The notes below the pieces were generated by a model, which was not told the origin of the DNA, did not search any database, and was given only the letters and a program-made list of their open reading frames with translations. A stretch of 64,000 nt of DNA from Saprospiraceae bacterium. Lineage in GTDB: Bacteria; Bacteroidota; Bacteroidia; Chitinophagales; Saprospiraceae. This document shows positions 30,536 to 41,400 of the stretch, in pieces (within the stretch, counting starts at the first letter, position 1; each line of letters opens with the position of its first letter). A program made the position numbers and the translations under genes. The DNA is taken from NCBI GenBank assembly GCA_965223405.1, contig CBDCWO010000006.1, forward strand, positions 2,904,364 through 2,968,363. Direction: 5' to 3'.

Positions 30536-30607
30536 AGTGTCGTAGTTCAGTGGTAGAACATCCGACTGTCTATCGGAAGGTCGCGAGTTCGATTCTCGTC
30601 GACACTG
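30536..30607 (+). tRNA. tRNA-Asp (anticodon GTC)
   Basis: Manual fold: 7-bp acceptor agtgtcg/cgacact, D-arm gttc-agtggta-gaac, anticodon stem tccga/tcgga with loop ctGTCta, and T-arm gcgag-ttcgatt-ctcgt. CCA is not encoded. Confidence 0.8.
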
Positions 30608-30685
30608 CATTTTTCTTTTGCGCTGATGATTATACCGGACTTTGTATCGGAATATGGAGATTCATTTTCGCTCACTTAATAACCC

Positions 30686-30759
30686 TGTCCTGTGTTGTAA
30701 TGGTAGCATTTGAGAATTTGGATCTCAGGGTAAAGGTTCGAATCCTTTCGGGATAGCCA
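30686..30759 (+). tRNA. tRNA-Gln (anticodon TTG) with an imperfect D-stem and CCA encoded
   Basis: The acceptor tgtcctg/cgggata has 2 G-U pairs. The anticodon stem is tgaga/tctca with loop atTTGga. The T-arm is aaagg-ttcgaat-ccttt. The discriminator is g, followed by cca. The D-stem has a 10-25 mismatch. Confidence 0.55.
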
Positions 30760-30973
30760 ATGATATTAAATTAACAATGCGACGGGTAACGACTCTTCGC
30801 ACTAAAATTGAAAAATCGATAAAGAAATAGTCACAGTCAAGTGACAGAAGAAGGTTTTTTGATAATGATTGAGATAGCACGATGCGGGTTTCTGTATAAC
30901 CCCATGTAACCAGGACAATAGTCATTAGGTTTGACGATCGAAGCATTATCAGGAATCCCAAACTCCAAGTGTC

Positions 30974-31069
30974 GTGGGTTCGATTCCCACTCATGCCGCT
31001 GGTGTGATAGTTCAGAAGGTTAGAACATTGGAATTTTTGATTGCGCAGGTTCGAATCCTGCCAGGCCTC
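30974..31069 (+). other. tRNA-like fragments: a 3' tRNA half (T-arm + acceptor 3' strand) immediately followed by a 5' tRNA half (acceptor 5' strand + D-arm) and a degenerate T-arm. Either a pseudo-tRNA or a rearranged tRNA.
   Basis: 30974-30998 is gtggg-ttcgatt-cccac + tcatgcc + g. 31001-31027 is ggtgtga-ta-gttc-agaaggtta-gaac-a. The 7-nt strands tcatgcc and ggtgtga are fully complementary (2 G-U), but in permuted order. A second T-arm gcagg-ttcgaat-cctgc at 31045-31061 lacks a matching acceptor. It is followed by the perfect 18-bp palindrome caggcctcatgaggcctg. Confidence 0.35.
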
Positions 31070-31448
31070 ATGAGGCCTGTGGCGGAATTGGTTGACGCGA
31101 TAGACTTAGGATCTATTAATCATTTCAACTGAGCTGATCCCTCGTAAAAGGATTACCACTTGAGGATTTGGTCTTTAGAATCGCACTGATTTAGGTTGGT
31201 CTATTCGGTAAAAAAGCTGAAAGACGCTACCATGAATTAGAAAATTAACTTTTGATAAGAGTGAAGTTGGATACCGTCTGATTGAGGCTCTACTCTGATA
31301 GCATACCTATATTTTCAATGAGAATATACATGTGCCGATCACAGTTTTACCGAAATCTGGCTTAAAGCTGCATCCATCGGCAGTTGATGATTCTAGGGAC
31401 CGGTTCTCTATTTCAAAATGGATTTTATAACTATTTAAATATTAAATC

Positions 31449-32552
31449 ATGAGACATGTTAGAATTGCAGTAAATGCGTATGAAAAAGCATTGGTTTTCA
31501 GAAATGGTGAACTTGTCAGGGTATTGGATAGTGGAAAATACTGGATAAGCCCGTGGGCAAAAGTCATGAAGTATGATATTACAGAGCTATTCTACCATGA
31601 AGTAGATCTCGATATATTGATGAAGTGCGAAGATTTGAATTCGAGATTGAATGTTGTGGAGGTAGCCGATCATGAAATAGTAATCCAATGCAGGCATAAT
31701 AACTTCAATCAGGTCCTGACTCCGGGTAGATATGCGTACTGGAAAGAGGGATTAGAGTATTCCTACGAGCGGGTGGATCTCAATGTCATCGAGGTAAGTG
31801 ATAAACTACCTCGTAAAATATTGCATAGACCAGAGGTCTTGAAATACTTGGATGTTCATACTGTTGAAAGCTATGAAAAAGGATTGTTGTTTGTCGATGG
31901 AGAATTGTACAAAAAATTGAATCCTGGTCTCTATTACTTTTGGAAGGGTGAACAAAACGCCATCTTGACCAAAGTGGATACTCGTAAGCTACAAGTTGAA
32001 GTGAGCGGTCAGGAGCTATTGACTCAAGATAAGGCGGCAATTCGGTTGAGTTTGTTTGCCAATTATCAGGTCATCGATATTATGAAGGCTTTGGCTGAGA
32101 GCAAAGACTATGCAAAACAGTTGTATGTAACTTTGCAGTTAGGCTTGAGAGAGTATATAGGTCAATTCACTTTGGATCAATTGCTACGTAATAAGTCTGC
32201 TATTGCGCCAAACATCATGGAGTATGTGGAAGAACGCGCTTCAGAACTTGGTGTCCAGCTGATAGATTGTGGTATCAGAGATATCATCTTACCTGGCGAT
32301 ATCAAAGAGATCATGAATCAAGTATTGGTAGCCGAGAAAAAAGCTCAGGCCAACACCATCATGAGAAGAGAAGAGACTGCGTCCACTCGAAGTTTGCTTA
32401 ACACAGCCAAACTGATGGAAGACAACGAAATGCTCTTCAAACTCAAAGAGATGGAATACATGGAGCGTATTGCAGATAAAATCGGTGAGATAACGGTCAA
32501 TGGCGGTATGCGTGTAGTTGATCAGTTGAGAGAGCTTGTAGGTAGCAAATGA
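31449..32552 (+). CDS. SPFH/band-7 (stomatin/prohibitin/HflK-C-like) domain protein with a duplicated N-terminal segment
   Basis: 367 aa. The C-terminal 200 aa match the SPFH pattern (QDKAAIRLSLFANYQVIDIMKAL..., coiled-coil tail). The N-terminus has an internal repeat (FRNGELVRVLDSGKYWISPW / FVDGELYKKLNPGLYYFWKG). Confidence 0.7.
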   Translation: MRHVRIAVNAYEKALVFRNGELVRVLDSGKYWISPWAKVMKYDITELFYHEVDLDILMKCEDLNSRLNVVEVADHEIVIQCRHNNFNQVLTPGRYAYWKEGLEYSYERVDLNVIEVSDKLPRKILHRPEVLKYLDVHTVESYEKGLLFVDGELYKKLNPGLYYFWKGEQNAILTKVDTRKLQVEVSGQELLTQDKAAIRLSLFANYQVIDIMKALAESKDYAKQLYVTLQLGLREYIGQFTLDQLLRNKSAIAPNIMEYVEERASELGVQLIDCGIRDIILPGDIKEIMNQVLVAEKKAQANTIMRREETASTRSLLNTAKLMEDNEMLFKLKEMEYMERIADKIGEITVNGGMRVVDQLRELVGSK

Positions 32553-32555
32553 TGA

Positions 32556-32596
32556 TTCCCCTCCTAGATAAATGTCGGAGGGGAATTTTTTTACCT
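32556..32596 (+). terminator. rho-independent terminator after the SPFH gene
   Basis: A stem ttcccctcc/ggaggggaa with a 12-nt loop, followed by ttttttta. Confidence 0.55.
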
Positions 32597-33003
32597 GGCC
32601 AAAAATTCAGAAGTTGATTAGACAATGTAAGGAGTCGTTGTTCATTTCAAAAGATGCTTAATTTGATCAGAACTCATTGCACAAATGGCTATTTCAACAC
32701 GTATACACCGGTATCGAGTATTAAGACAAATCACCAACTTGTGCCTCAACGTGATAAGTCATATAACCAAACTCCTGAAGTAAGAAATCATTAAGAAGAG
32801 GTATTAATTCTCACCGAAAACCGGCCGGTCCAGGAATGATGGTCTCCTCTCTTGGAAAGTGAAATGCAAGTTGTCAAACAGATCAAAATGCCTATCTAAT
32901 GATTCGAAACTTCACAAAAGTTGAAAAATGTTTGATAAAGTTAGGATTCCTAACTATATTTGCTGAGGCGATTTTGCCACCATAGAAATAAACATCATCT
33001 AAA

Positions 33004-33237
33004 ATGAGTAATTCAATTTTTTATCATGCCGGATGTCCGGTTTGCGTCAGCGCAGAAAAGGAAATCATCGATTTGATTGGCGCTGAAAATGTAGAAATTG
33101 TACATTTGGGTGAAGACCAAGGTAGAATTGAAGAAGCAGAAAAAGCTGAAGTAAAGTCTGTTCCTGCATTGGTCACACCTAATGGAAATGTACTTCACAT
33201 CAACTTTGGTGCCTCAATGGCTGATGTAAAGGGGTAG
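33004..33237 (+). CDS. small thioredoxin-fold (glutaredoxin-like) redox protein
   Basis: 77 aa. It has a CPVC active-site-like motif near the N-terminus (YHAGCPVC) and the size of glutaredoxin-like small redox proteins. Confidence 0.45.
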   Translation: MSNSIFYHAGCPVCVSAEKEIIDLIGAENVEIVHLGEDQGRIEEAEKAEVKSVPALVTPNGNVLHINFGASMADVKG

Positions 33238-33319
33238 GTTCTTCCGCCTGTACAATGAGGTCTAACCACTGGTTCATCAGGGACAAAGTAATTAATTAGA
33301 ATCACCTGAAATTTATTTT

Positions 33320-33682
33320 GTGCTTGATGAACCAGATATCAATTTGGATTTTGCAGTGTTAATCTTAATTGTAACATTAAATTCACCAACAATCACGTTT
33401 ATGGAAAATACAACTCGACACAAAGTAAATGTCTGGGATACTTACGTAACCAAAAAAAATGGTACCATCATGCATTTTGATATTATTGCTCCAGTAGAGA
33501 TAACCGATACCAGGACCATCTACAATTATGGCAAGGAATATCTTAAAAGTAAAGGCCAAGAGGGTCAACCTCTCGATTCAAGGCAATGCAGACTTTGTCA
33601 CATTGAAATCCTAAAACCTGAATGGAAGGATGATATTGCCGATAAAGGATACTTCATAATAGAAATGGAAGGATGCAAATAG
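33320..33682 (+). CDS. hypothetical protein (the likely true start is MENTTRHK at ~33401), DUF-type small protein
   Basis: ORF with normal coding composition. It has a CRLCH motif. No confident family assignment. Confidence 0.4.
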   Translation: MLDEPDINLDFAVLILIVTLNSPTITFMENTTRHKVNVWDTYVTKKNGTIMHFDIIAPVEITDTRTIYNYGKEYLKSKGQEGQPLDSRQCRLCHIEILKPEWKDDIADKGYFIIEMEGCK

Positions 33683-33744
33683 TATTTTAAAGTTAGGAAT
33701 GCTTACTTTGTGATCATTCTGGTTTTAGAAAAAATAGGTAAGCA

Positions 33745-34326
33745 TTGAGTTTAGAAGCAAAGATACTCAGCGGGTTAGAGCGAATTTCGGAAACTTTAAA
33801 GTCTTTGTTATGGGAAAAAGCTAAAGCTTTTGGAATCAGCCCTATACAAATACAAATCTTATTATTTGTGTCCAATCATCAGACAGATCTCTGTAATGTA
33901 AGTTACCTGGCGAGAGAATTTAATGTAACGAAAGCCACTATAAGTGATGCAGTCAAAGTGCTGTTGAAGAAAGAACTTTTAGATAAAGATTTTTCTCCAG
34001 TAGACAATCGCCGGTATAATATACTTATTACCCATAAAGGAAGAGAATTGGTAAATAATTTGTCGGATTACTCTAAGCCTATTTCGGATGAGTTATCTAC
34101 TTTGGATCAAAAAGATCTAATCGGCATTTTCAACTCATTAACCAAATTAATATTCCAATTAAACCAGCAAAACATTATTAAAGTCCAACGGACTTGTTTT
34201 AAGTGTCAATTTTATCAGGGCGATAAGATAAGTGATCATTTTTGTAATTTAATTGGCAGTCAATTAAATGTCCAGGATCTCAGGCTGGATTGTAGTGACT
34301 TTATGGAAAAAACCAATGCCTGTTAG
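33745..34326 (+). CDS. MarR-family winged-helix transcriptional regulator with a C-terminal Cys-rich extension
   Basis: 193 aa. It has a MarR-like wHTH core (ISPIQIQILLFVSNH...LAREFNVTKATISDAVKVLLKKELL...DNRRYNILITHKGREL). The C-terminal 45 aa contain CFKCQ...HFC...LDCSDF. Confidence 0.65.
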   Translation: MSLEAKILSGLERISETLKSLLWEKAKAFGISPIQIQILLFVSNHQTDLCNVSYLAREFNVTKATISDAVKVLLKKELLDKDFSPVDNRRYNILITHKGRELVNNLSDYSKPISDELSTLDQKDLIGIFNSLTKLIFQLNQQNIIKVQRTCFKCQFYQGDKISDHFCNLIGSQLNVQDLRLDCSDFMEKTNAC

Positions 34327-34520
34327 TCAGGTATTAAATTGAACAATCGTTCCACCTCCTTCATTTGAGCCGATTTGCTCTATTTTACTCCTAATGAAAC
34401 TATCTAGCCCACATATTGTTTTTTGATAATGAGGACTTTAATAATAAGGTTCATTGGGAGTTGGTTACAATAATTCATCCGAGTATATTTGTAACATAAT
34501 CTTTTTGAAAACATTCAGTA

Positions 34521-35342
34521 TTGGATAAGAAAGTAGCAATTGTTACAGGAGCATCATCCGGAATTGGAGAAGCATGTGCCTGGCAGTTTGCCAAGGAGGG
34601 GTATCACGTGGTATTGGCGGCTAGAAATGAGGCAAAAATTATCCAAATGTCCAAAGAGTTAACCACCTTTGGAGTCAATACACTGGCAGTAAGAACTGAT
34701 GTAACCAAAGAAGAAGATTGTAAGCATTTGGTTGAATCCACCATTAAAAACCTGGGTCGAATCGATGTTTTACTTAATAATGCCGGTATTTCCATGCGGG
34801 CTCAATTCCAGGATGTAGATATGCAAGTCCTCAGAAAACTTATGGATGTCAATTTCTGGGGTACGGTAAATTGTACGAAGTATGCCCTTCCTCATATTCT
34901 GAAAACTAAGGGATCCATTGTGGGTGTTTCCTCCATTGCCGGTAAGCAAGGCTTGCCTGGAAGAATCGGTTATTCGGCCTCTAAATTTGCTATGGAGGGA
35001 TTTTTAAAAACCTTGCGGATAGAGCATATGGAGGATGAACTACATGTATTAATTGCCTGTCCGGGATTTACCGCATCTAATATTAGGGTTTCCGCTTTAT
35101 TAACCGATGGCGAACCACAAGGAGAAAGTCCTTTGGAAGAAAAGAAAATGATGACGGCAGAAGAGGTTGCCAAACATATTGTAGCAGCAATTCAAAAACG
35201 CAAGCGTGATATAGTCTTGACCTTGCAGGGTAAAGCCATCGTAGCATTTAACAAAGTCTTACCTGAGTGGGTAGATGGTAGAGTGCATAAATACATGAGT
35301 AGGGAAGATCAACGTGGTGATTTCGCCAAACCCAATACATAG
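34521..35342 (+). CDS. short-chain dehydrogenase/reductase (SDR) family oxidoreductase
   Basis: 273 aa. It has a TGASSGIGEA cofactor-binding motif, NNAG, and a catalytic S...YxxxK region (YSASKFAMEGF). Confidence 0.85.
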   Translation: MDKKVAIVTGASSGIGEACAWQFAKEGYHVVLAARNEAKIIQMSKELTTFGVNTLAVRTDVTKEEDCKHLVESTIKNLGRIDVLLNNAGISMRAQFQDVDMQVLRKLMDVNFWGTVNCTKYALPHILKTKGSIVGVSSIAGKQGLPGRIGYSASKFAMEGFLKTLRIEHMEDELHVLIACPGFTASNIRVSALLTDGEPQGESPLEEKKMMTAEEVAKHIVAAIQKRKRDIVLTLQGKAIVAFNKVLPEWVDGRVHKYMSREDQRGDFAKPNT

Positions 35343-36136
35343 ATACATTCTTTCTTTTCCAAGTTCGGAATTCCAGAACTTTTCCAATCTTTTATTTTCA
35401 AGGTCCGGCTGAATTCATCTTCTGCAGTAAGCCGGCAAGAAATATTCAGATATAATTCTCCCTTGATCTGATCGAGAATGGCTGATACCAGCGACCTATT
35501 GCGGTACGGAGTTTCAATAAAAATCTGACTGGAGTGAGTTTTTAAGATTTCTTGTTCCAGGGATTTAAGACGAGATCGCAGAAGGGGTAATTTCCGGGGA
35601 AGATAGCCCACAAAACTAAACTTTTGACCATTTAGTCCACTGGACATAAGAGCCAATATGATCGATGTCGGTCCTACCATTGGCCGTACCCTGATCCCTT
35701 TTTTATGGGCTTCCATTACCACTTCAGCACCTGGATCGGCAATTCCCGGACATCCTGATTCCGATACCAATCCCACATCATGGCCTAACTCGGCCGGCTT
35801 TAGCCAGGAGTTGATATCCTGTGTTCCATGTTTGTCATACTCATAAAATGTAATGGAATCAATGTTGATATGCGGATCGAGATTTTTCAAATACCTGCGG
35901 GTGGTACGTGCACGTTCAGTGATAAAATACTTTAGTTTAGTGGTAATGTGTATCAAAAACTCGGATATAACTTGGGTATTTCCCTCATTGATGGGTGTGG
36001 GGATCAGCCATAGATCGCCTTTTGATTTCCTAATCACTACGGCAAGATAATAATACCAACGCGAAATAAAGTAAGAAAAAACGATCGTCATCCTGAACCC
36101 ACCTCTGACGGGCAAGATTTGCTGCCCCGGCGGCAA
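35309..36136 (-). CDS. rsmI: 16S rRNA (cytidine1402-2'-O)-methyltransferase RsmI (tetrapyrrole-methylase fold). The start is probably internal (~36091 or later).
   Basis: It has LWLIPTPI..GN.. N-terminal and GLVSESGCPGIADPG motifs typical of RsmI. The N-terminal 15-30 aa of the ORF are probably not translated. Confidence 0.75.
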   Translation of the reverse strand: MPPGQQILPVRGGFRMTIVFSYFISRWYYYLAVVIRKSKGDLWLIPTPINEGNTQVISEFLIHITTKLKYFITERARTTRRYLKNLDPHINIDSITFYEYDKHGTQDINSWLKPAELGHDVGLVSESGCPGIADPGAEVVMEAHKKGIRVRPMVGPTSIILALMSSGLNGQKFSFVGYLPRKLPLLRSRLKSLEQEILKTHSSQIFIETPYRNRSLVSAILDQIKGELYLNISCRLTAEDEFSRTLKIKDWKSSGIPNLEKKECIYVLGLAKSPR

Positions 36137-36288
36137 ATGTTCAGAAGCTCTGTTGTTTGGGGTGTCCTCGCCTCAAACGGGATTTGGAATTAAAGCACTA
36201 AGCGAAGACGCCTAAAGCAATGCAGTATTGAGTAGCCAGTATTGAATAATGAGATGAAAAACCAGTTCCACCATTATATTTCGAAAAA

Positions 36289-36861
36289 TCAGGAACTTTC
36301 CGAAATGGGCTGATGCATCCTGTCAACTGCACGAGTCAACCATAAAAAGTCATCCAAAAATGCGGTGAACTTTTGCTGTAGTTGCTCGTCGAATATTTTC
36401 CCGTTTTGATCAACTGTATTCTTTATTTCGGATACCAGCAACATATGGGGAATAGGATATCCCCACAATCCCAGTACTAAATTCTGCATTTGCATAGCCC
36501 CACGCATGCCGCCCAATTTTCCGGCAGAAACGGAAACCACACCAATGACCTTCTTCCTGAACGCCGTTTCATCCAAATGATCAACCGCATTTTTCAAGGC
36601 CGGGGTATAACTTCCGTTATATTCGGGAGATACAAAAAGGATACCCTCGGCATTGGTAATCTCCTGATTGAATCGCATTAAGTCAGCATTTGGATTGGAT
36701 TGTTCAGCAAGAACTTCTTTAAAAAATGGAATGTCCATTTGTCCCAAATCCAAGGTGATGGCAGTGACCCCCATTTCTTCCAATTGATTACATAAGGCGA
36801 ATGCCACCCGGTTGGAAAGTCGGTTTACTCGGGTAGAGCCAGATACAATCGCAATCCGCAT
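36289..36861 (-). CDS. NADPH-dependent FMN reductase family protein
   Basis: 190 aa. It has an MRIAIVSGSTR flavodoxin-like N-terminus and an SPEYNGSY motif. Confidence 0.8.
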   Translation of the reverse strand: MRIAIVSGSTRVNRLSNRVAFALCNQLEEMGVTAITLDLGQMDIPFFKEVLAEQSNPNADLMRFNQEITNAEGILFVSPEYNGSYTPALKNAVDHLDETAFRKKVIGVVSVSAGKLGGMRGAMQMQNLVLGLWGYPIPHMLLVSEIKNTVDQNGKIFDEQLQQKFTAFLDDFLWLTRAVDRMHQPISESS

Positions 36862-36950
36862 TTTATTTTTAATTTCTAGTTAAACAAAATGTTGACCGGA
36901 TAGTTGCTGTTGATTCCACCTTTATATTTAACTTTGAAATTACGTACAGA

Positions 36951-37697
36951 ATGACTTATACTGTAAAAATAAAGCAATTTGAAGGTCCATTTGATCTCCT
37001 TCTTTTCTTTATAGAAAGGGATGAATTGGATATCAACGACATTCCAATTTCCAAAATTACCGATGATTTTTTAGCCTACCTCAAAAAATTGGAATCAATG
37101 AATATCGATGTGGCCAGTGAATTTATCCTGGTAGCGGCAACATTGATGAAGATTAAAGCCCGGATGCTTATTCCCCGCAAACACATAGATGAACAGGGTA
37201 ATGAAATTGATCCCCGTGAGGAATTAGTTCAGAGGCTTTTGGAGTATAAAAAGTTTAAAAGTGTCCTGGATGACTTCCGCAGCCTTGAAGCAGCTCAAGC
37301 GATTAAAGTTCAGCGTGGGAACATTGTTCCGGAACTAAAGAAAATGGCAACCAAAGCTTTAGTAGATGTCGAATTGGAGTCGCTAAATCTTTTTAACCTG
37401 CTAAAAGCCTTTGAAGCAGTTATTGATCGTTACGAACATTCTGAAAAGGTTGTTCACCACATTGCGAGATATAACTACACCATTAAAGATCAACAAACTC
37501 AGATTTTCGCTATCCTGAATAAGTCAAAACGAGCAGATTTCACCGGATTGTTCTCTGCCTGTGAGAACAGAATCCACGCTATCGTGACCTTTCTGGCCCT
37601 ATTGGAACTGGTAAATCATCAAAAAATCAAAATAATCGGTGGTACTACAATTAACAGTTTTTGGATAGAGGAAAAGGAAAATGGAGTTCCGGATTGA
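36951..37697 (+). CDS. scpA: segregation and condensation protein A
   Basis: 248 aa. An F-EGPFDLLL-I-ERDELDI.DIPI..IT N-terminus is diagnostic of ScpA. Confidence 0.8.
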   Translation: MTYTVKIKQFEGPFDLLLFFIERDELDINDIPISKITDDFLAYLKKLESMNIDVASEFILVAATLMKIKARMLIPRKHIDEQGNEIDPREELVQRLLEYKKFKSVLDDFRSLEAAQAIKVQRGNIVPELKKMATKALVDVELESLNLFNLLKAFEAVIDRYEHSEKVVHHIARYNYTIKDQQTQIFAILNKSKRADFTGLFSACENRIHAIVTFLALLELVNHQKIKIIGGTTINSFWIEEKENGVPD

Positions 37698-37719
37698 GTT
37701 AGATATGACAAATAGTTTA

Positions 37720-38421
37720 TCAAATGTATCTTTCCCGCTTTTGTAAATTTATCAGAGCACCTAGGATAAAAACTACCGTTCCCACGCTTAAGAAAATCCG
37801 GCTTTTCCAAACGATTTGCTTCCAGGCCAGCTGACTGAATCCCCTGCGTGGGTCATAGGGATTTAAAAATACGTTCCAAAAAGTATCTTCCAGGAACTCA
37901 CTGAATATGGTCAATCCAACTCCGAGTATTACCATAACAACCGCCGTTGCATTACCATTTTTTATCCAGGTGGAAATCAAAAAAGCCAAACTACCCAGGA
38001 AGCAGATGGGAAACAACAATTGGATCGCTACTGAAACTGGATTTATTGGATACAACAACCAGGAACCAAGAGCAGCGAAAAGTATGAGTAAAATAAATAT
38101 TTGAGTAAATATCAGTACTAATCGAACCAGCCAAACTTTATAACGATAATCCGGAATACCAAAGTGGATTTCCAACATACGCGCATCCTCATCCCGTTGA
38201 ATCCCAAATACCACGGGATAAAAAATCAATAGAATGGCTGGAAAAAAAGTTAAAGAATAGATTGACCCAATATTGATTTCATCGTTTTCAAAAACACTTA
38301 TCACCATAAAAAATAGATAAAAAGCCAATGCGGCTACCAAAAACCAAAGAAAGCGTCCGGCAAAGATGACTTTCAAGTTATACTTGATCAAACTGCGGAT
38401 ATTTGTAATTGTATTGCGCAT
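37720..38421 (-). CDS. ABC-2-type permease-like integral membrane protein, translationally coupled (TAATG) to the upstream RND-ABC fusion gene
   Basis: 233 aa with 6 predicted TM helices. Its start codon overlaps the stop of the 38421-43112 gene by 1 nt. Confidence 0.5.
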   Translation of the reverse strand: MRNTITNIRSLIKYNLKVIFAGRFLWFLVAALAFYLFFMVISVFENDEINIGSIYSLTFFPAILLIFYPVVFGIQRDEDARMLEIHFGIPDYRYKVWLVRLVLIFTQIFILLILFAALGSWLLYPINPVSVAIQLLFPICFLGSLAFLISTWIKNGNATAVVMVILGVGLTIFSEFLEDTFWNVFLNPYDPRRGFSQLAWKQIVWKSRIFLSVGTVVFILGALINLQKRERYI

Positions 38422-41400
38422 TAGTTTTTAATATTCTTTAATAAACACAAATAGGCATCCTCCAAAACGGGATCAACGGAAATGGCCGATTCCTGGGGTT
38501 TATGTAGGGAAATACATCGGACCCGTATGTGATCACCTTCACGCAGGTGATTAACTACAACCTCTTCTGATTCAACCGTGGCAAAGTCCACTGCCGGGAT
38601 GATATATTCCCAAACCAGTCCTTGCGCCAGACCAAGCATATCCTGTGGTGAACCCTGGTATTTTACAGCACCATGATCCAACACGGCCAATTGATTGCAA
38701 GAACTGGCGATATCTTCGATGATATGAGTAGAAAACAGGACAATCCGATCACGGCTTAATTGTACCAGGAGGTTTCTGAAACGAATACGTTCGCGAGGAT
38801 CCAATCCGGCTGTCGGTTCATCGACGATTAATATTCGAGGCAAATGAAGTAATATTTGAGCGATACCAATACGTTGTTTCATTCCACCGGAAAAGGAACC
38901 GATTTTTTCATGTTTGCGATCCAACATATTTACAGAATCCAACACATAGAGTAATCGTTCCTCCCTTTTATTGCGGTCATGCAATCCTTTGAGGATGGCT
39001 TGATAATCAAGAAAAGCCCAGGCCGTCATATTGTCATAACTTCCAAATGCCTGAGGTAGATACCCAATTAATCCCTGAAGTTCTTCACGTTTCTCCTGCG
39101 TATCAATACCATTGATCCAGATCTTGCCATAACTTTGTTCGAAGATTCCAGAGATGATACGCATTAAAGTTGATTTCCCGGCTCCATTGGGTCCTAGCAG
39201 CCCATACATGCCGGTACCAATATTCAATGACACGGTATCAAGGGCCTTAAATGGGATTTTACGTCTACCAAGCAGTGGGATGCTGATAATCGAGCGATAA
39301 TAAAATCGTCTCAGCTTTCCCTTTATCCTTTCAACCTTTAGCTGTTTACGGTAGAAATATGCCGACGATTTATAAACAATCAATACCAAATACCAAACTA
39401 AACCCCAAAAAATGGTATATCCCCATTCCTCCCATTTCTGATTCATTTGAAAAAGTAATACCAGCGGACTGGCCCAAAATAGGAGTTCTCCCAAAATCAT
39501 TGGGATCCATTTCTTTTTATCAGAATAAACTAAATTAAAGGCTAACTTGAACGGTTGCCATATTCCCAATAATAGAAGATAAATGCCTATTCCAATCAGG
39601 AGTATCCAAAAGCCATCCTGCAAATAAGAAAATGCAAACCATCCTAAAAAGATTAGAAGAGGAATTTTCCAAATAAACTCACTTAACAATGCACCCCAGC
39701 GAATCTTACCTTCTTCGGATTGAAGAACAAAAGATGGTGTTTTGCTGTTTGACCACTCTCTTGAAAACCGACCGGGTCGATTGTAAATCTTTACCAGGTT
39801 TTGGACCTTAATGTATAATGCTTCATCGGTAGAGATCAGCCTGGTCTGAGCACGTTTTAGACTCGCTAAAATAAAATATGTAATAGCCGGAATCAGGAAG
39901 ACCAATAACAGGATATCCAGCAATTGCCATAGAAATGAAGTTACTCTGAAATAGATCAGTAACCCTCCACAGACGAAAAGGATGACATTCAATATTTTTA
40001 TCCATAGAGATAAACCTCTAAACCAATTAATGGTATTTTCTAACCCCAAATAGACTGTGGGGATCACGATTAAAGTAAGTACTGTTCCCAAAGCCAAACC
40101 TCCAATCACAGTTATTGCAAAAGGTGCTCCAATTACACTGACATATTCTGCTGTACCCAACGCCAAGGGAAACATAGCGGCAATAGTAGTAATAGCTGTA
40201 ATCAGGATTGGGCGTAACCTATGAAGTCCAGCAGTGATTAATGCCCGGATTTTACGATAGCCCTTTCTCCTCAAAGCATTGACATAATCAATCATGATGA
40301 TGCCATTGTTGACAATAACACCCAAAAGGATTAAAAATCCGGTGAGGGTATTGGCGTTGAATAATCCATTTCCGGTGATTGTTAAGGCTAATAGTGACCC
40401 TGTAGCGGCTAGTGGCACGGAAAACATCAATACAAAAGGTGCTGACAAAGATTCAAACACTGAAGCCAGGATAATGAAAATAAGGAGAATGGCTGCTCCT
40501 GCCAGTGCTTTAAAATCTTTGATCTGATCCTGGGCTGCTTCCATTTCGATAGCAATTCCCGGAGGGACCGGGTAGTTTGAGATTAGCAACTTTATGCTTT
40601 CCTGGTGCGCTTCCAGAAGTTCTTTTGACTGATTGGCTTCTTGAGAGCGAGTGTAAGAAATCTGTATTTGTTTCTGTTGGTTGATACGCCTGATATCATC
40701 ATAACTTTCACCTGTACGGATAGCAGATAAGGTGGACATTTCATGAGCTCCACCTTCTTGATCAATAACTTCCAACTTTTTGAGATCTGACATGGTTTTG
40801 GGTTGGAATCCTGATTGAAGGTCTTCATTATCGCGTATGATAATATTGTATTCATCGTCAACATATCTGAACTTGGTGTCCGCAGGTGCCTCTTGTTCGA
40901 AATTTCTTAATGCGATAGCAATATTTTCCGGAGTGACTTTATTTCTGGCCAGGGTTAAGGGGTCAAAGGCCAGCAATACTTCAGGTCGGTTGCCACGAGT
41001 GCTAAGATTAGCATTCCGGGTATCGTCCAGGTTTTGGATATAATATAGAAGATCCTGGGCAACTCTCTGCAACAATCCATAGTCCTCTCCTTTCACGACA
41101 ATTTTTTCCTGATTTTCACCAAAACCCATTAGTTGTCCCAGAGCATCCAATCCACCTAGGCCTTGAGAACCCTCACCGGAATTACTGGAAGCAAAACTAA
41201 TTCGAGCACCTCCGATGCGGCGGGTGAGATCTTCAATTTCCGATTTGATATCATTATAGGATCGATTATCTATTTTTTCAAAATCTTCTTTAAGCTTAAT
41301 ATTTACGACAGCATCTTCCTCCTGGATACGACTGCTGATATCTTGTTTCTCGGCGAGACCCTCTAGTTTAGATTCAATTTCGAGGACAATCTTATCTGTT

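Noticed and set aside
30780-30998. tmRNA (ssrA) hypothesis for the tRNA-like 3' fragment
   Set aside because: There is no matching 5' acceptor strand (GGCATGA-like) 300-400 nt upstream. The upstream sequence has no convincing tmRNA tag-reading-frame or pseudoknot signature, and the 3' end lacks the tRNA-Ala-like G3-U70 context.
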